From Lama guanicoe (Eukaryota), in NCBI GenBank assembly GCA_013239625.1, contig MU054400.1, forward strand, positions 913,146 to 977,145: 64,000 nt of DNA, in the 5' to 3' direction. Position numbers and translations under genes: made by a program. This document shows, piece by piece, positions 36,993 through 49,971 of the stretch (position 1 is its first letter; each line of letters opens with the position of its first letter). The notes under the pieces were generated by a model. That model had not been told where the DNA came from. It did not search any database and saw only the letters and a list, made by a program, of their open reading frames with translations.

Positions 36993-38689
36993 CTAAGGAA
37001 GAAAAGAGGACCCCTTGTACATAATTGTACCAAATAGCTATTAAAAACAAGGACAAAAAGAGTTTTTTTAAATCGTTAAAATTTAAGCAAAGGGTATGGA
37101 AAACAAGAAAAACAAAACCAGAGTGGCTCAGAAAGTGAGCGACAGCTTAATTCATAGGTGAAAATTCAAAAAGAAACTAAAATGACATACCACTTTTTAT
37201 TTTTTCTGTTTGGACTTGCCCTCCCCTAAAGTAAGTCGGCTTCCAAAACTTATCTTTGTTGTGCAACTATACACCACAAAATTTGCTCATTGGTTAAGTT
37301 CAAAGCCTGGAAAGGCATAGAACAGCAAAAGAGCGAGACCAAGGAAATACTGAGTTCTTGAGGAAATTATTGTTAGAGGTTCTTCCAGGGTGCTCTTCAG
37401 AAGATGCCAACACAGTCTTTTCTTCTCCTCAACTCTATATAATGTCAACTCGACATTAATGACTCTATAGAATACAGAACTATTATGAACAATACTGGCA
37501 CAACTTGCTCCCTTCATCTCTTTCAGGGCTTAACTCCATGAATTGTGAGGCCATCCTTGGCCACCCCATTAAAGTTTGCCAAACCCTTAACCATAATTCC
37601 CATCTCTCTGCTTTCATTTTTCTCCACAGCATTATTTCTTCATAACACCATTAAAATATTGTATTAATATGCAACATGTTACTTCTCTTTACTGTTTCAT
37701 CTCTCTCCACCTCCAATGAAAGATGTTTTTGTTCACTGCTGTATGCCTATCAGAATATCTGCTACACTGTACTCAATAAGTGTCTGTGTAATAAATAAAC
37801 TAGCAAAAGTCTACAAGGGGATATGGTAATGATATATATTTATTCATTCATAATTTAGCTACTTTGGTACGTCTGCAAGGCAGGTAGTGTTGTTTTGCAT
37901 GAATAATATCAAAACCTGAGTCGAATGGAAAGTACTTATCTCATCTCAGCACAAAAAAAAAAAAAAAAAAAAAAAGGAGCAAGACCTCTGAATTCTGCCC
38001 ATCCCATCCCCAAGCATCCACGTTTGTGTGTGTCCACGTCTGTACAGATGTGCACACAGGAACGTTCCTGGTTTCTAGCCAGGAGCCATTTCAATGCCCA
38101 AGTCTGGCAGAAATTCATGGAATGCTCAGTGTGGAAATGAAACATAGCCCATCTCCCTTGAGGGGCGTCACAGCACCACAGCTAAGAATGTGGGAGCTGC
38201 CACCACTTTGCAGGGTCTGTGTCTTTGCTCTAAGTCCCTGGACAAACAAATAGAGACCTCGGACGCAAAAAAAAAAAAAAAAAAAAAAAACTGAGAAAAC
38301 CTTCCCTATTCAACAATTTTCCTTTTAATCTAACTCTTGCCCATACCACAAGTATCTGTTAAGTGGAGAAGAATAAAACAGCTTTATCTACCAGCAAATG
38401 AAAAATCTCCTTTAAAATTAGAGGGTGCACTTGATTCACAACAGAAGGCAGTCTTAAGACACACAACACAACTACCCTCCTACAGTCCAGGTCAATGCTA
38501 ACATGAAATTGCATCAGTGAGAGTTCTAATGAATTACTCCGTTGGAGCTCATTACTAAGTGTTAACTATAATAATAAATACTGCATTGAGGGCGTGGATT
38601 TATGGCCATTCATAGGACTACTTTTTCAGCTTTTTAGAATGCATGAAAATTTTCATAATACAAAGTTGAGGAGAAAGGTCTGTACTTAC

Positions 38690-38843
38690 ACTCTCTCCCA
38701 CGATTGCCACCTCTTCCTTTCCGGTTGTTGTTTCCACGCCCACGACTCACTTCTCTCTCACTTCTCTTCTCTCTATTCTCTTTGTTTTCCGAACTCTCTT
38801 TTCCAAAATTCTTCTTCTTCCCTCCTACAGTCTCCCAAGAAGT
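38690..38843 (-). CDS. UBAP2: UBAP2 exon 5, TSWETVGGKKKNFGKESSENKENREKRSEREVSRGRGNNNRKGRGGNRGRE (start of RGG region)
   Basis: ggtag| and |gtaagt; 154 nt, ends phase 1. Confidence 0.96.
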
Positions 38844-41151
38844 CTACCAAAAATAATAGTGTTTATTCAGAGTTGTCTCTTGAAATGTATACAATCATCA
38901 AGAGGGTGTCCATTTATCTTTCAAACTAATTACCCACGCCTTACATTGCCTACCATTTTAATTCTTTTCCACATATGTATCGTATCTTCTGATGATAAAG
39001 ACAGCAAACCTCTTGCTAAGTTTCTGTTGCTGTATAGAGCAAAAAGATTACAGCAACTAGCTGAACTGACAACATACATGCCCACCATAGAGCCTTTTCC
39101 TATGCTGTTTTTAAGAATAATGTATATATTGTTTCCCCAAGCTCCCACTCTATGCCACACCCACCTACCTCAGTAGTAGGTCTTAAACCTATTAATGTAT
39201 AGAATAGCTCAATGACTATAAAATTACATAAGATGATTCCCTGAAATCTCAGGAGTACAACTTTTCCCCATTCAGTTATCCAAGGTAACCATCTTGAAAA
39301 ATTAATGGTTGAGATATTTTGGCTTAGTTTTTTTTTTCCTAAAGATGCCCAAAATTTCAACTTCAAAGGCCTGTTCTAATGATAGTTCAAATGATTTATA
39401 TCACCTCCCTTTTTCTGCAAATCAAATCAAATCACACATATAAAAATTGTTGAGGAAAGAATGAGACACTATGTTCTTGTGGGTAAAAATGTATTGAGAT
39501 TTCCATCAGGGTATGTTACTGGGAAATTCCAAAACTGGCCCATTTGTTTCTATTTACTTTAATTCACAAGGGATTTGAAGTGAGCTGATTCCAAACTAAG
39601 AGCTATTTTAAACCTTAAAAAGAAGCTTAAGAAAAACATTTTACCCAAATAAATGTGAGCACTGGAAATTAATAAAATTAGAGATACAGATGAATTATTT
39701 CTAAATTGGTGGAGGCCAGATTTAAAACACCTAAAGGAATTTTTTTAGTATCTCTACAAACCTTTGAATTTATGTTTGGTTAAATATAAAATGATTGAAT
39801 GTGGAAAAAATACAAATTAAACATATTATTTTCCACTTCTAAGGTTTGGTGAAGATTTTAAAAACTGACACCCAACAGTTATGGCAGAATAAGCAGGTAT
39901 TCTCAATTCCAGCGGACATGCATCTATTCTAACCTTCCAGGAAGTTTACCTGGCAATAGTGTCCAAATTTTAATTTGTTCACAATTTTTGGCCCAGCAAT
40001 TCTACTTCTTGGCCTTTATTCAGAGGAAATAATCTGATAACAGTACAAACATTTATATACAATGAACAGCAGAATAAAAGAGTGGAAAATTCCCCAAATA
40101 TCTAGCTTAAGAGATTACCTACTCTAGAACATCCAAAGGGAAAAGTATACAGCCATTTGAAGAGTTATCCATTCTATACACCGGAAATTAACACAACATT
40201 GTAAACTGACAATACCTCAATTTCAAAAAGTTTTAATTAAAAAAAAATTTTAAGACTTATCCAGGTATACATAGAAAGAGATCCATAATACAAGTGAAGC
40301 AAGCTATCAGCAAACAGCATATAAGATAGGAATACATTTTTCAGCTAAAACAGGAGCTTGTGTATTATTGAAGAAAGTTAGAAGTCTTTATCTAAGTGGG
40401 GACCTTTAATCTGATTTAACCTATTTATTGTTCTACACTGCTTTTGTAATTAACAATAGAGCTTCTTTATTCCAGAAAAAAAGAATTCCATAGTGTACAA
40501 ACTCAATCAATTATCTTCAATACAAATAAACTAAATACGTAAGACAGAATCCTGTCCTCTTATATTAACAAGACAAAAAGTAAATTCTAGAGGTCCTGGA
40601 AAAATTGCACAGAATCAGCACAAGTTGCATGTATAAACAATGTATAATGTCTTTACAAGGCCAGACCTAAAGGTATTCAACCACGATGAAAGAACAGACT
40701 TTCTATGTAAAACATTTTGAGAAAAACATCTTTATCCATTTCATTCAGCAAAGGATACCCTTAAGCAAGTCTTGGCTTGTGAATTCCACAAAAACTAACA
40801 ACGACTTATTGGGGAAGAAAGTAGAGCAAGGGACATTTAAAGCGCAATTGGTCTAACACCACAATAAATGCTAACAAGAGTAACAAATGTTTTGAACATT
40901 TTTCAAAACAGTCTGCAAGAGTACACACAGGTTTTGAAAGTGAACCAAGTAATTCTAAAAGATTTTCAACAGAACTGGCAACCGTTGCCATCTATGTTTG
41001 GCTACCTGTAGAACAGGTCTTAGGAAAATTCTAAGAGAAAGTCCTCCCAGACACCACATTTAGTCATCAGAAGAGCAGGCTTCCAGGACAGCTCATACAA
41101 AAATCACTCTCTCACCCCTTTGTATTTGCAAAGAACTTAACACAAACAAAT

Positions 41152-41154
41152 TAC

Positions 41155-41190
<36 letters not shown>

Positions 41191-41292
41191 TATATAAGTA
41201 TATATATATTACTCTATGTATATAAAAACACAAACTATATATATAAAGTATGTTATATATTATATATAAGTAAAACACAAATTACTATATAT
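41152..41292. repeat. (TA)n/(CA)n microsatellite and degenerate AT-rich repeat
   Basis: tatatata..cacacacaca..tatata seen directly. Confidence 0.9.
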
Positions 41293-43234
41293 TTTTTAAG
41301 CACATTAATGCAAGGGACTTACATCTCAAAATTAGTTTGTCACTCAAACAAAACAGCATTATGATGGGATGAAACAAAGTTCAGTACTTACGACCATGTT
41401 AAATGGTTTCCTCTGACAACTACTCTTACATTAGAAAGACAAACTTACCCTCAAATATATCACGGACAAATCCACTTAACTTTCTTTTTCTTTCAAAATA
41501 ATAATTTTGTTTTATAAGACCCCGGCACAAAACAAGGTTAGCCAACAGGTCAAGATGTGTTTGTTTTCATGGTTATTTTAAATGTTTCTGCTCCCAGAAA
41601 TCCTAGAGTGCTTACATTCTCTAGCAGTCCATTCCAATTACTCTACTGCAGACAGGAAGACACTCCTCACAGCTGGTCAGCCGTGACTGCCACAGCCAGG
41701 ACTCCCTCTGCCTCTCCATCTCTCCCACAGCCCTCTCACCTTCACACAGGAATGTGCCTTTGTGTCTGTATTCAAGCCCCAATCTGCCATTTTTTGATAT
41801 TTTAGAAACACAATATGCCAGACCTGGCCTCCACTATATGATTTCCAGGTTCAAGGGGTAACCAAAGAGACTTTCACCACAAAATCACCTCCTTTGCGTT
41901 CAGTCCCCCGTGAAGAGAGGAAGTTGAAAAGGAGTGACACCACAGAAAAGGAATGACAAATCTGCAGAGCTTAAGGAAAGGCAAGTGTTTAAAACAGTAT
42001 CCCGATCTATTTCGAACATTTAAAAGGGGCCCTCCAATTAATCATTTGGAAATATTTCACATATTCATGCTGATTTTTTTTTAATAAAGAGGGCAGTTAA
42101 GCTCTTCACTTCATTGTAAATCTAAGTGAGAGCCATTCTACACTGTGTCCAATTAAGTAATCCCCATGTTTTATAAAGCCTAGCAAATACCTAAAGGTCA
42201 GAAAATAAAAACTCTCCAAAATTTTATCCCCTCACTTACCATGATCTATTTTTCCCAACAAATTGACGTAATTGGTAGTTTATCACGTTGGGCCAATTTT
42301 ATCTTGCATAGAATTTTACCAACAGACAGCTATACCCCAATAATTAAATTATTTCCCCATTAACTAATTTTTACGATTACAAAATTCATTCTGATTGTTT
42401 CATAGTAAATAAAAAGATACTCATTTAAGTTTTGAGCTTGTCACAGCAGTTCATTTTAAAATAGTTTGTCCCTAACAAAACCTATCCCTAAAAATAAGAA
42501 CCTGATTAAACCTAGACACTGTCAAGGAAGGTACTTTTTAATATGTTCATCTTCATACCCCTTTTAGGTGAATCATTTGTTTTAATCTGCTCTGAACTGA
42601 TTTCCTTAACGAGAAAATGGAAGTGAAATACTGTGCAATCTCCAAGTAGAAAACATTAGGGCTGACATCTGCCAGGTATGACTTCAGTTGCATCCTTCCT
42701 AAAATAAGAGGGAGGAGCTCCAGAGCACATGCACATTCCTAAAACTTTACTAAACTAAAAAAAAATTTTTTTCTTATTTTATTTATCTGTCAGACTGTCA
42801 TGAAAATGTGTCCACAGAATATTCACACATGAGGAAACAGATGTACCAACAAATCCTGGTTTTCCATTAGTTTAGAGATATAGGGAGTAGTAAAAGGGGA
42901 CAACTGAGATGAAGAAACATGAGCAGTGGAGCCAAGACAAGTTTTTTAGGTGGCAAAAATGTCCACATTTTTTGGACAAGAGAATTTTGGCAACTGTGTT
43001 AAGGCTGGAGTAGATGACCAAGTTCTCTTTTGAGTCTTCAGATTCTACGGACTTCAAGAAACCACACATAACAAAAACAGTCATTTCAGGATAGTGCTCT
43101 TTCTGGTTTTAAAACAAATATGGAATAGCATCCATAATCCCCTCCACCATCATCCCCAGATAAAGTGAAGCTGAAAACACAATATGGAACTGGAGACAAA
43201 TCTCAGTTTTGCAAAATCAATTAATAATACTTAC

Positions 43235-43345
43235 TGTGTCTGAATTTCCTTCCAGTAATATATTGATAGCTTTGTTGATATCTCCATTACAGTCATGTAG
43301 GGCCACTATGCATTCATCCTGATTTTTTCCTGTCACTTCCATAAG
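43235..43345 (-). CDS. UBAP2: UBAP2 exon 4, UBA domain core LMEVTGKNQDECIVALHDCNGDINKAINILLEGNSDT
   Basis: aacag| and |gtaagt; 111 nt; UBA-domain sequence. Confidence 0.97.
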
Positions 43346-44184
43346 CTGTTGTTGAAATTATACAAAAGTGGTTAGGGGAACTCAAAATGGCACTTGATAT
43401 TAGTTTTAAGATTCTACTATATAGAGATATTTGGCAGCTATCACAAAACTCATTCCTAGACATACCATTTTCTCAATTAGCCTCAACAGGGTGCTATGTT
43501 TGAAGTAATCAAATAAATCTCCTTGGTGCATTAACAAGGGAGATTAAGCTACCTAACATTTTCATCACAAGGAACAATCATAGATTAGGCACAATGTATG
43601 TTTCTCAATTACCAGTGAACAAATGTATGACGCACGCATTTGTTGTATCTACATTTAACTATTTTAATGTATATCAGCCGTAGTTCAAAATAGTTTGACC
43701 CAAACATCTGAAGTGATTTCTCTGTGGTCAAAAAACAGCCCATCTGGACCCAGGTAGTTTGATCTCATAAATACAGCTCTTTAGACCACACCATTCCATC
43801 TGGTTTCTGCCCTGTATTATGTAGCCTAGATTCTATACACTCTACAGCTTTCCAGTGTTTCAGTCTTTGGTTACCTACTAATAAAGCCAGATTTATAATA
43901 AATGACCTATACTAACCCAATACCCATCATATGCAATTGTTAACAATGCACAGTAAGAATTGAAATTCCCCCCCAGTGATTGGATTAGAAAGAGAAAGAA
44001 CTACAAACTTAAAGCTCTGAACTCCTGTACCAGTGCCCTTTTGTGTCTATTTGCTATGCTAGTCAAATAAAAAGCAATATGATACATAGAAGTATGTCTC
44101 CAACAGTACATAAATCTCATTCCAGAGAATGAGTTTTATAATTTTTTATAAATTTTATTTTTTAAATACTTTTTACGAGTCATT

Positions 44185-44298
44185 TGGCAGGGGGAGGGGA
44201 GGTAATTAGGTTTATTTATTTATTTTTAGAGGAGGTACTAGAGATTGAACCCAGGATGCTAAGCATGTGCTCTACCACTTGAGCTATACCCTCCTCTC
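44185..44298 (-). mobile_element. tRNA-derived SINE (Vic-1-like), intron 3
   Basis: ggaggtactagagattgaacccagg..agcatgtgctctaccacttgagctataccctcc. Confidence 0.82.
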
Positions 44299-44658
44299 CT
44301 CTAATGTTATGTTTGGAATCACCACATTGTTTGAAAAGGTGTTTCAGCTCATCCTTAACGTTAATATTTTCTGAAAACTTGCCAAATACTAAATATACTT
44401 CCTATGATGTATATACCACGTCAATGTACTTTCACAAATGCTCACTGTTCACATGTAATACGAGTAACTCAAAGATTCTACTGCCAAAATTCCTTCATTC
44501 TAGCCACCAATACAGGTATTTAATTACAAATTCAAAATCCAACTAGTTGAGACTAAGCAAGAAACATACTTTAAAATTAGAATCTCTAGTGAAAATATCT
44601 TTTTAAGCACAGTAAGAATAGATTACAAAACTGACAGTATCCTTTGCCAGAAACATAC

Positions 44659-44736
44659 CTGTTTAACCTTAGCTTCAAACTCTGAATCGTTTTTATCAAA
44701 GATCACTTGAGCGAGACGCATCTGTTCAGCTGTAGC
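44659..44736 (-). CDS. UBAP2: UBAP2 exon 3, ATAEQMRLAQVIFDKNDSEFEAKVKQ
   Basis: ccag| and |gtatgt; 78 nt; contains the conserved TAEQ(M/I)RLAQ motif of UBAP2/UBAP2L/Lingerer. Confidence 0.97.
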
Positions 44737-45445
44737 CTGGAAAGCATATAAAACTGTTAAAAGATCTGAGAACCAAAAATGTAAGTTAAATGCCAAAATC
44801 TGGTGCAAACAGATAAAAGCTCTCAAGCACTACAGCACCATGGTAATAGAATACTAATTAACTTAAAAAACAAACAAACGAAAAAACTAACAGACTCTGA
44901 ATTTAGACTTCTCAAACATATGCAACATGTTTCCAATAAGATAAATAAGCATCAAGTTAAATAGTGTAAAGGTCCCATTCCTTTGGCCAAATGACCTAAA
45001 GTCCTCTTATCTTCATTAGCCATGTGACTTATTTGAATTTTCCTTCCCTTGGGGAGATGAAGTGATAGTGCAACAGAAAATGGAAGAACAGGAAGCAGTA
45101 GAAACAGCTGCCACAACACAGGCTTAGAATTAGCCTTCCTATCAAAAAGGCAAAAAAGTTCTGCAATCAACTCAAAAAAGGTCAGTTCTGAAGAGAAAAG
45201 GCTGTATTTATTTAAATAAAAGTTATTTCTTAAGTTACACTTTTATTTTTAATCACAATTTAAAAATGGCTTTGACAAGATTTAAAAAAAATTTTTCAAA
45301 CACTGAAATTAGTCACCTGTACAGTAAACTCTTCTCTAGTTGCTTTTTTCACTCAAAATCCTTTTACAAAAACTAAATACAATAGAATTGCTGAATTTTT
45401 GAGGTTTCCTCTCATAGTATTTCTGGCAACTAAAAATTAGAAAGT

Positions 45446-45790
45446 GGGGAGGGGACAGCTCAGTGTAGACTGCATGCTCAGCATGCATGAGATCCCAGGT
45501 TCAATTTCCCATACCTCCACTAAAAAAGAAAGAGAGAAACCTAATTATCTCCCCCCTCCTAAAATAAATAAAATTGCACAAAAATAAAATAAATGCTCTA
45601 AAAAGATTTTTTCAAAAGAATTAGAAAGGGGGCAGGGAACAGCTCAGTGGTAGACTGCAGTGCTTGGCATGCAAGAGGTCCTCCTGGGTTCAATCCCCAG
45701 TACCTCCATTTAAAAATCAGTCAGTCAATAAATAAATCCTAATTTCTTGACCTCTTCAAAAAACAAACAAACAAACAAACAAAAACACAA
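45446..45790 (+). mobile_element. Two tandem tRNA-derived SINEs (Vic-1-like), about 45446-45585 and 45627-45790
   Basis: Two GGGG..AGCTCAGTG..TAGA..GCATGC..GGTTCAAT..TACCTCCA bodies with A-rich tails. Confidence 0.82.
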
Positions 45791-47659
45791 CAAAAAAATT
45801 CAAAAGATATTTTTTAAAAGGGTAACTCTTCTGTGCAGTGAGTTAATAGTAATCTACCAATTTGATGTCTTGGCTTTGCAGAAGTTACTATGATTATGAA
45901 CAGGGACATTAGATGAGGAATATACAGGAACTCTCTGTTCTGTCTGCAACTTTCTGGTAAATCTAAAATTGCTCTAGAACAGTTTATTAAAATAAAGTTA
46001 CCACTGCTAGCTAAAATCAATACTAACTCCCAACATAAATATTTAAAAAGTTCAGTCATTTAAAGTACTGAATGATCTCAAAGGCAAGAAAACTCCACAA
46101 AGTGCTAATATTAAACAACTTTTCACCTTTGTTTTTAATACATGTTCATAATAATCTCGACTGGACCGGGGTAGGGGGTGGGTTGTTAGTATTTACACTG
46201 CAAAAGCACTTTCACAAGGGCTTTCCGGTCCATGTGGGTGGTTGGTTATGGGAGCTCCAGCTACCCTTGGCCTGCTCCCTCCAATCTAATGATCAGTCCT
46301 TCATCCCGATCTGTGACTGCTCTGACCTCAGTTGTAGTGCTACTATATTACAAACCAGAAAGATGTTTGTACAGAAATAGTGTCTACACAACTGCCAGTT
46401 TTACCTTAATCCTACCCAGTACACAGGATTAAGGACCTTCTTCACACACATCAAGTGAGAAGTCCCGGTGCTGCAGCCAAAAGGACCCACAGTATAAAAT
46501 AAGCAGATGAGGTGAAAGGGAAAAGCAAAGAGGAAGATGAGTACTAGAAAGATACCACTTCCACATTATTATACATTTGAGGTTTAGGTAATGTCAACCA
46601 TTTATTAATGAAAGTAAACCATTGCTGCCCTGTGTACTAAAAGCCTACATGATTAATTTTTGCCCATTATCCCTAATACCAATCCCTTCTACTCTGAGTT
46701 TCTAATCTAAAAATTGTACCTCACTCATACTCATTTACCTTGCTCCAAACCAAGCACATGAATGCTCATTGCTTCCTACCATTAAATTTCCTTAAATTAC
46801 AAAGTTTTAGCACAGCATTTGGCACTTATTTTTCTCTGATATCAAAAACAAAGTAATAACCATACTGCTTTGTAAGGACCCACACTCACAATCTATTGTG
46901 AATATCTCTATCATGTTTACTGACTGCATAAGTTGCTATTATTTCAGAAGACAAAGGTTTGAGAACTGTTATAGATTAATGAACACTAAAAAAAAAGTCA
47001 CACAAATAAGATATGTGATGACTCTATAATGGAAGAAGGAGAAATGCTACAAAGGACATTACTGTAATAATTGACATTACTGAAATAACTTAAGTTCCGC
47101 ATTGACAAAACCGGAACACGGTAACTGTAGAAAACACTGCAGCAATGATAAAGTTACAAAATCTGATAATGGAACTGTATTTACGTAATGAAGTATCATT
47201 CAAGACTTGAAGACACTAACTACTAAATATAAAATAAACAAGATCATAATGTATAGCACAGGGAATTACATTTAATATCCTATAATAACATATGTTGAAA
47301 AAGAGTATGAAAAGGAATATATACGTAAAATCAATCACTATGCTATACACCAAAAACTAACACAACATTGTAAATCAACTATACTTCAATTAAATAATGA
47401 AAAAGTAAAAAAATGAAAAGAATTATTTTTGTTCTTAGGAAATACACACTTAAATATTAAAAGATAAAAGGCAAAATGTAGTTTAAAACAATCTCAAACA
47501 GTTCAGAATAAATAATGCATGCAAGTGTGTATATATTTGTAGACATATAAATATAGAAAAAACATGACAGAGTAAAAGTGACACTGTATTAAAAATTTGT
47601 TAAAGGGCAAATGAGCATTCTCTACTCTTGCAACTTTATTTAGTATTTTGTTTATTTAT

Positions 47660-47791
47660 CACTGTATTATTTATTTTATTTGGCAGGGAGGGAGTGACTA
47701 GGTTTATTTATTTTAGAGGCAGTACCAGGGATTGAACCCAGGACCTCGTGCATGCTAAGCATGTGCTCTGCCACTGAGATATACCCTCCCC
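47660..47791 (-). mobile_element. tRNA-derived SINE (Vic-1-like)
   Basis: gggattgaacccaggacctcgtgcatgctaagcatgtgctc; CTTGCAACTTTA on both flanks. Confidence 0.82.
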
Positions 47792-48653
47792 TTACACTTG
47801 CAACTTTACAGCAGAACTAAAATCCCATGGACAACAAAAACATAGAATAAAACTAGATGACGTGTCCCTCACAAAACTCAAAATACAAACAAGTGAAGAA
47901 AAAAACAACTGATCTGCATGGTAGAAACTGTACCATGTAAAGTAAGCAAAGGCAAGCACGGGGGTGTCTGGTCTAAGAACAGGAAAATCCCAAGTAGCCA
48001 AGAGGTATTTACTGGAAAGTCAGGAGGGCCAATTTGAGAACAGCACCTGCCACTGTAGGGTTTTGACAACTCCAACAGAAGGCCAAGTGCCAAGACTGCA
48101 GAAAGGTTTAAATAGGCTGGGGCAGTTACTGTCATAAACTCTTGAAACTGACCAGCTAGGGCTCCATCAAGAGAAACCATTAGAAACAAAATCAATATTG
48201 TGCCACATATATAGGAAAGAAAGAGAAGTTCATGTTGGGGGAAGAGGATAAATCCAGGAAACCTCAGGAAGCAAGCCAATCTTAATGACACAAAAAAAGA
48301 GAAAACACTCTGAAATCAGAAAAGCTGCTCAACCATGTTGCCTTGTAAAACTCCAAGAAGACTCATTTCACATAAAAATGAGCAAAAGGAAAATAAAGGT
48401 CAAATCCCACACAAAATTATTATGAGAAAAAAAAAGCATAAGCAGGATAATCCCCCCATACCCAATGAAAGCACCCCCCAAAACAGTGCCTAGGGAACAA
48501 AGCAAAACCACCATCTTCTGTTTGAAGAACACACTGAAGACATGGAGCATGAAGAAAATGACACAGACAAAAGAACTTAACACGTCTAAGTTTTCCTAAT
48601 TCAGAGATGAAAATGAAGACTAAACGATGAGGAACACACAGAAAAAACTTAAC

Positions 48654-48832
48654 GGGGGGGAAGGGTATAGCTCAGCAGTAGAACGAGTACTTAGCATGCA
48701 TGAGGTCTTGGGTTCGATCCCCAGTACCTCCATTAAAAATGAATAAATAAATAAACCTAATTACCTCCTCCAACAAAAATGAAATGAAATGAAATGAAAT
48801 GAAATGAAATAAAATGAAATGAAATAAAATAA
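48654..48832 (+). mobile_element. tRNA-derived SINE (Vic-1-like) whose tail has become a (GAAAT)n microsatellite
   Basis: GGGTATAGCTCAG..GGTTCGATCCCCAGTACCTCC; GAAAT repeats at about 48779-48830. Confidence 0.85.
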
Positions 48833-49838
48833 ACTTGAGTTAATGCTACAAGAGAAATATACTTGAAGTAAAAAAGAATTTTTTAAAAGGAAAAAGAAAT
48901 GGGAGAAAAATCAAATATTGAACATAGGCAAAATACAAGCCAACCTGACCCTGGGGCTCATACAAGTCTCTGAAGAGGACAAGGACAAAAAGGGAACAGT
49001 ACTAATGCTCAAAGCTAAAATTCAAGAAAAATGGAAAGCAAACAGAATACTGTTTGAATTTGGGAAAGAAAAAACACCATACTTAAGAATATCAACCCAA
49101 AACAATACACAATGACATATTTTCTAGTAAAAGATCTGGATTCTAAAATGAAAACATCCATTTTGCATGTAGGCAGAAGTAACAAAAGACTTATAAGGGA
49201 AAGAGATGAGAATATAGATAAACTTGTCAAAAGTAGTGCTTTTGCATAAAAAGAAAATAACATTTTAACATACTCAATAAAGAAAATGTGAGCCTAGCAT
49301 TTACAGCCAGCAAAACTGACTTTATATTCAAATATAAAGGATATAAATTGTTACCAGCACCAAAGAACACAGGAAATATTATTCCCTCGAGTCTTTCCTG
49401 AGGAATCAATATCAGCATTGACTTCAGACAACGAAAATGACTAGAGATACTGACCTAAGTATTAATGGTGACTATTAAGCATATACTTATTGTAGAAATA
49501 AAACTAAATGATGCCTCCAAGGGAGAAAGTATAGTATACAATGGGTACATGAACAGGGTATTAGCTATGATAAAATACTTTAAGGCAGCAGAGGGGACCT
49601 CTGCACCTTACAGAGGGAGCTTGCCGGCTAATTCAGGTGCCATGGGTACCGAAGGCTGTACCCTGAAGCGGTGAAGGCACCAATCTGTCAGGCCTGCATT
49701 AGCTGCCAGATCATTTACTCACTTGACAGCCACCCCTATCATGTAAAATATGCTTTTAAGGCTATTAGTTGAGGTGGCCTTGTACTAAGACTGTCATAGT
49801 GAAAAAACATGTAACTGTCATATATGACAGCACATGAC

Positions 49839-49971
49839 GGGGAGAAGGTATAGCACAACTGGTAGAGTGCACGCTTAGCATGCATGTGGTCCTCGGTTCA
49901 ATCGCCAGTACCTCCTCTAAGAATAAATAAATAAACCAAATTACCTCCCCACTCACCCCGTGCCCCAAAAA
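49839..49971 (+). mobile_element. tRNA-derived SINE (Vic-1-like) with target-site duplication
   Basis: Exact AGCACATGAC duplication at 49829-49838 and 49972-49981. Confidence 0.87.

Noticed and set aside
48654..48735. tRNA-like sequences with A and B boxes (this and the other copies)
   Set aside because: They are diverged, with AT-rich tails and target-site duplications, so SINEs rather than tRNA genes.
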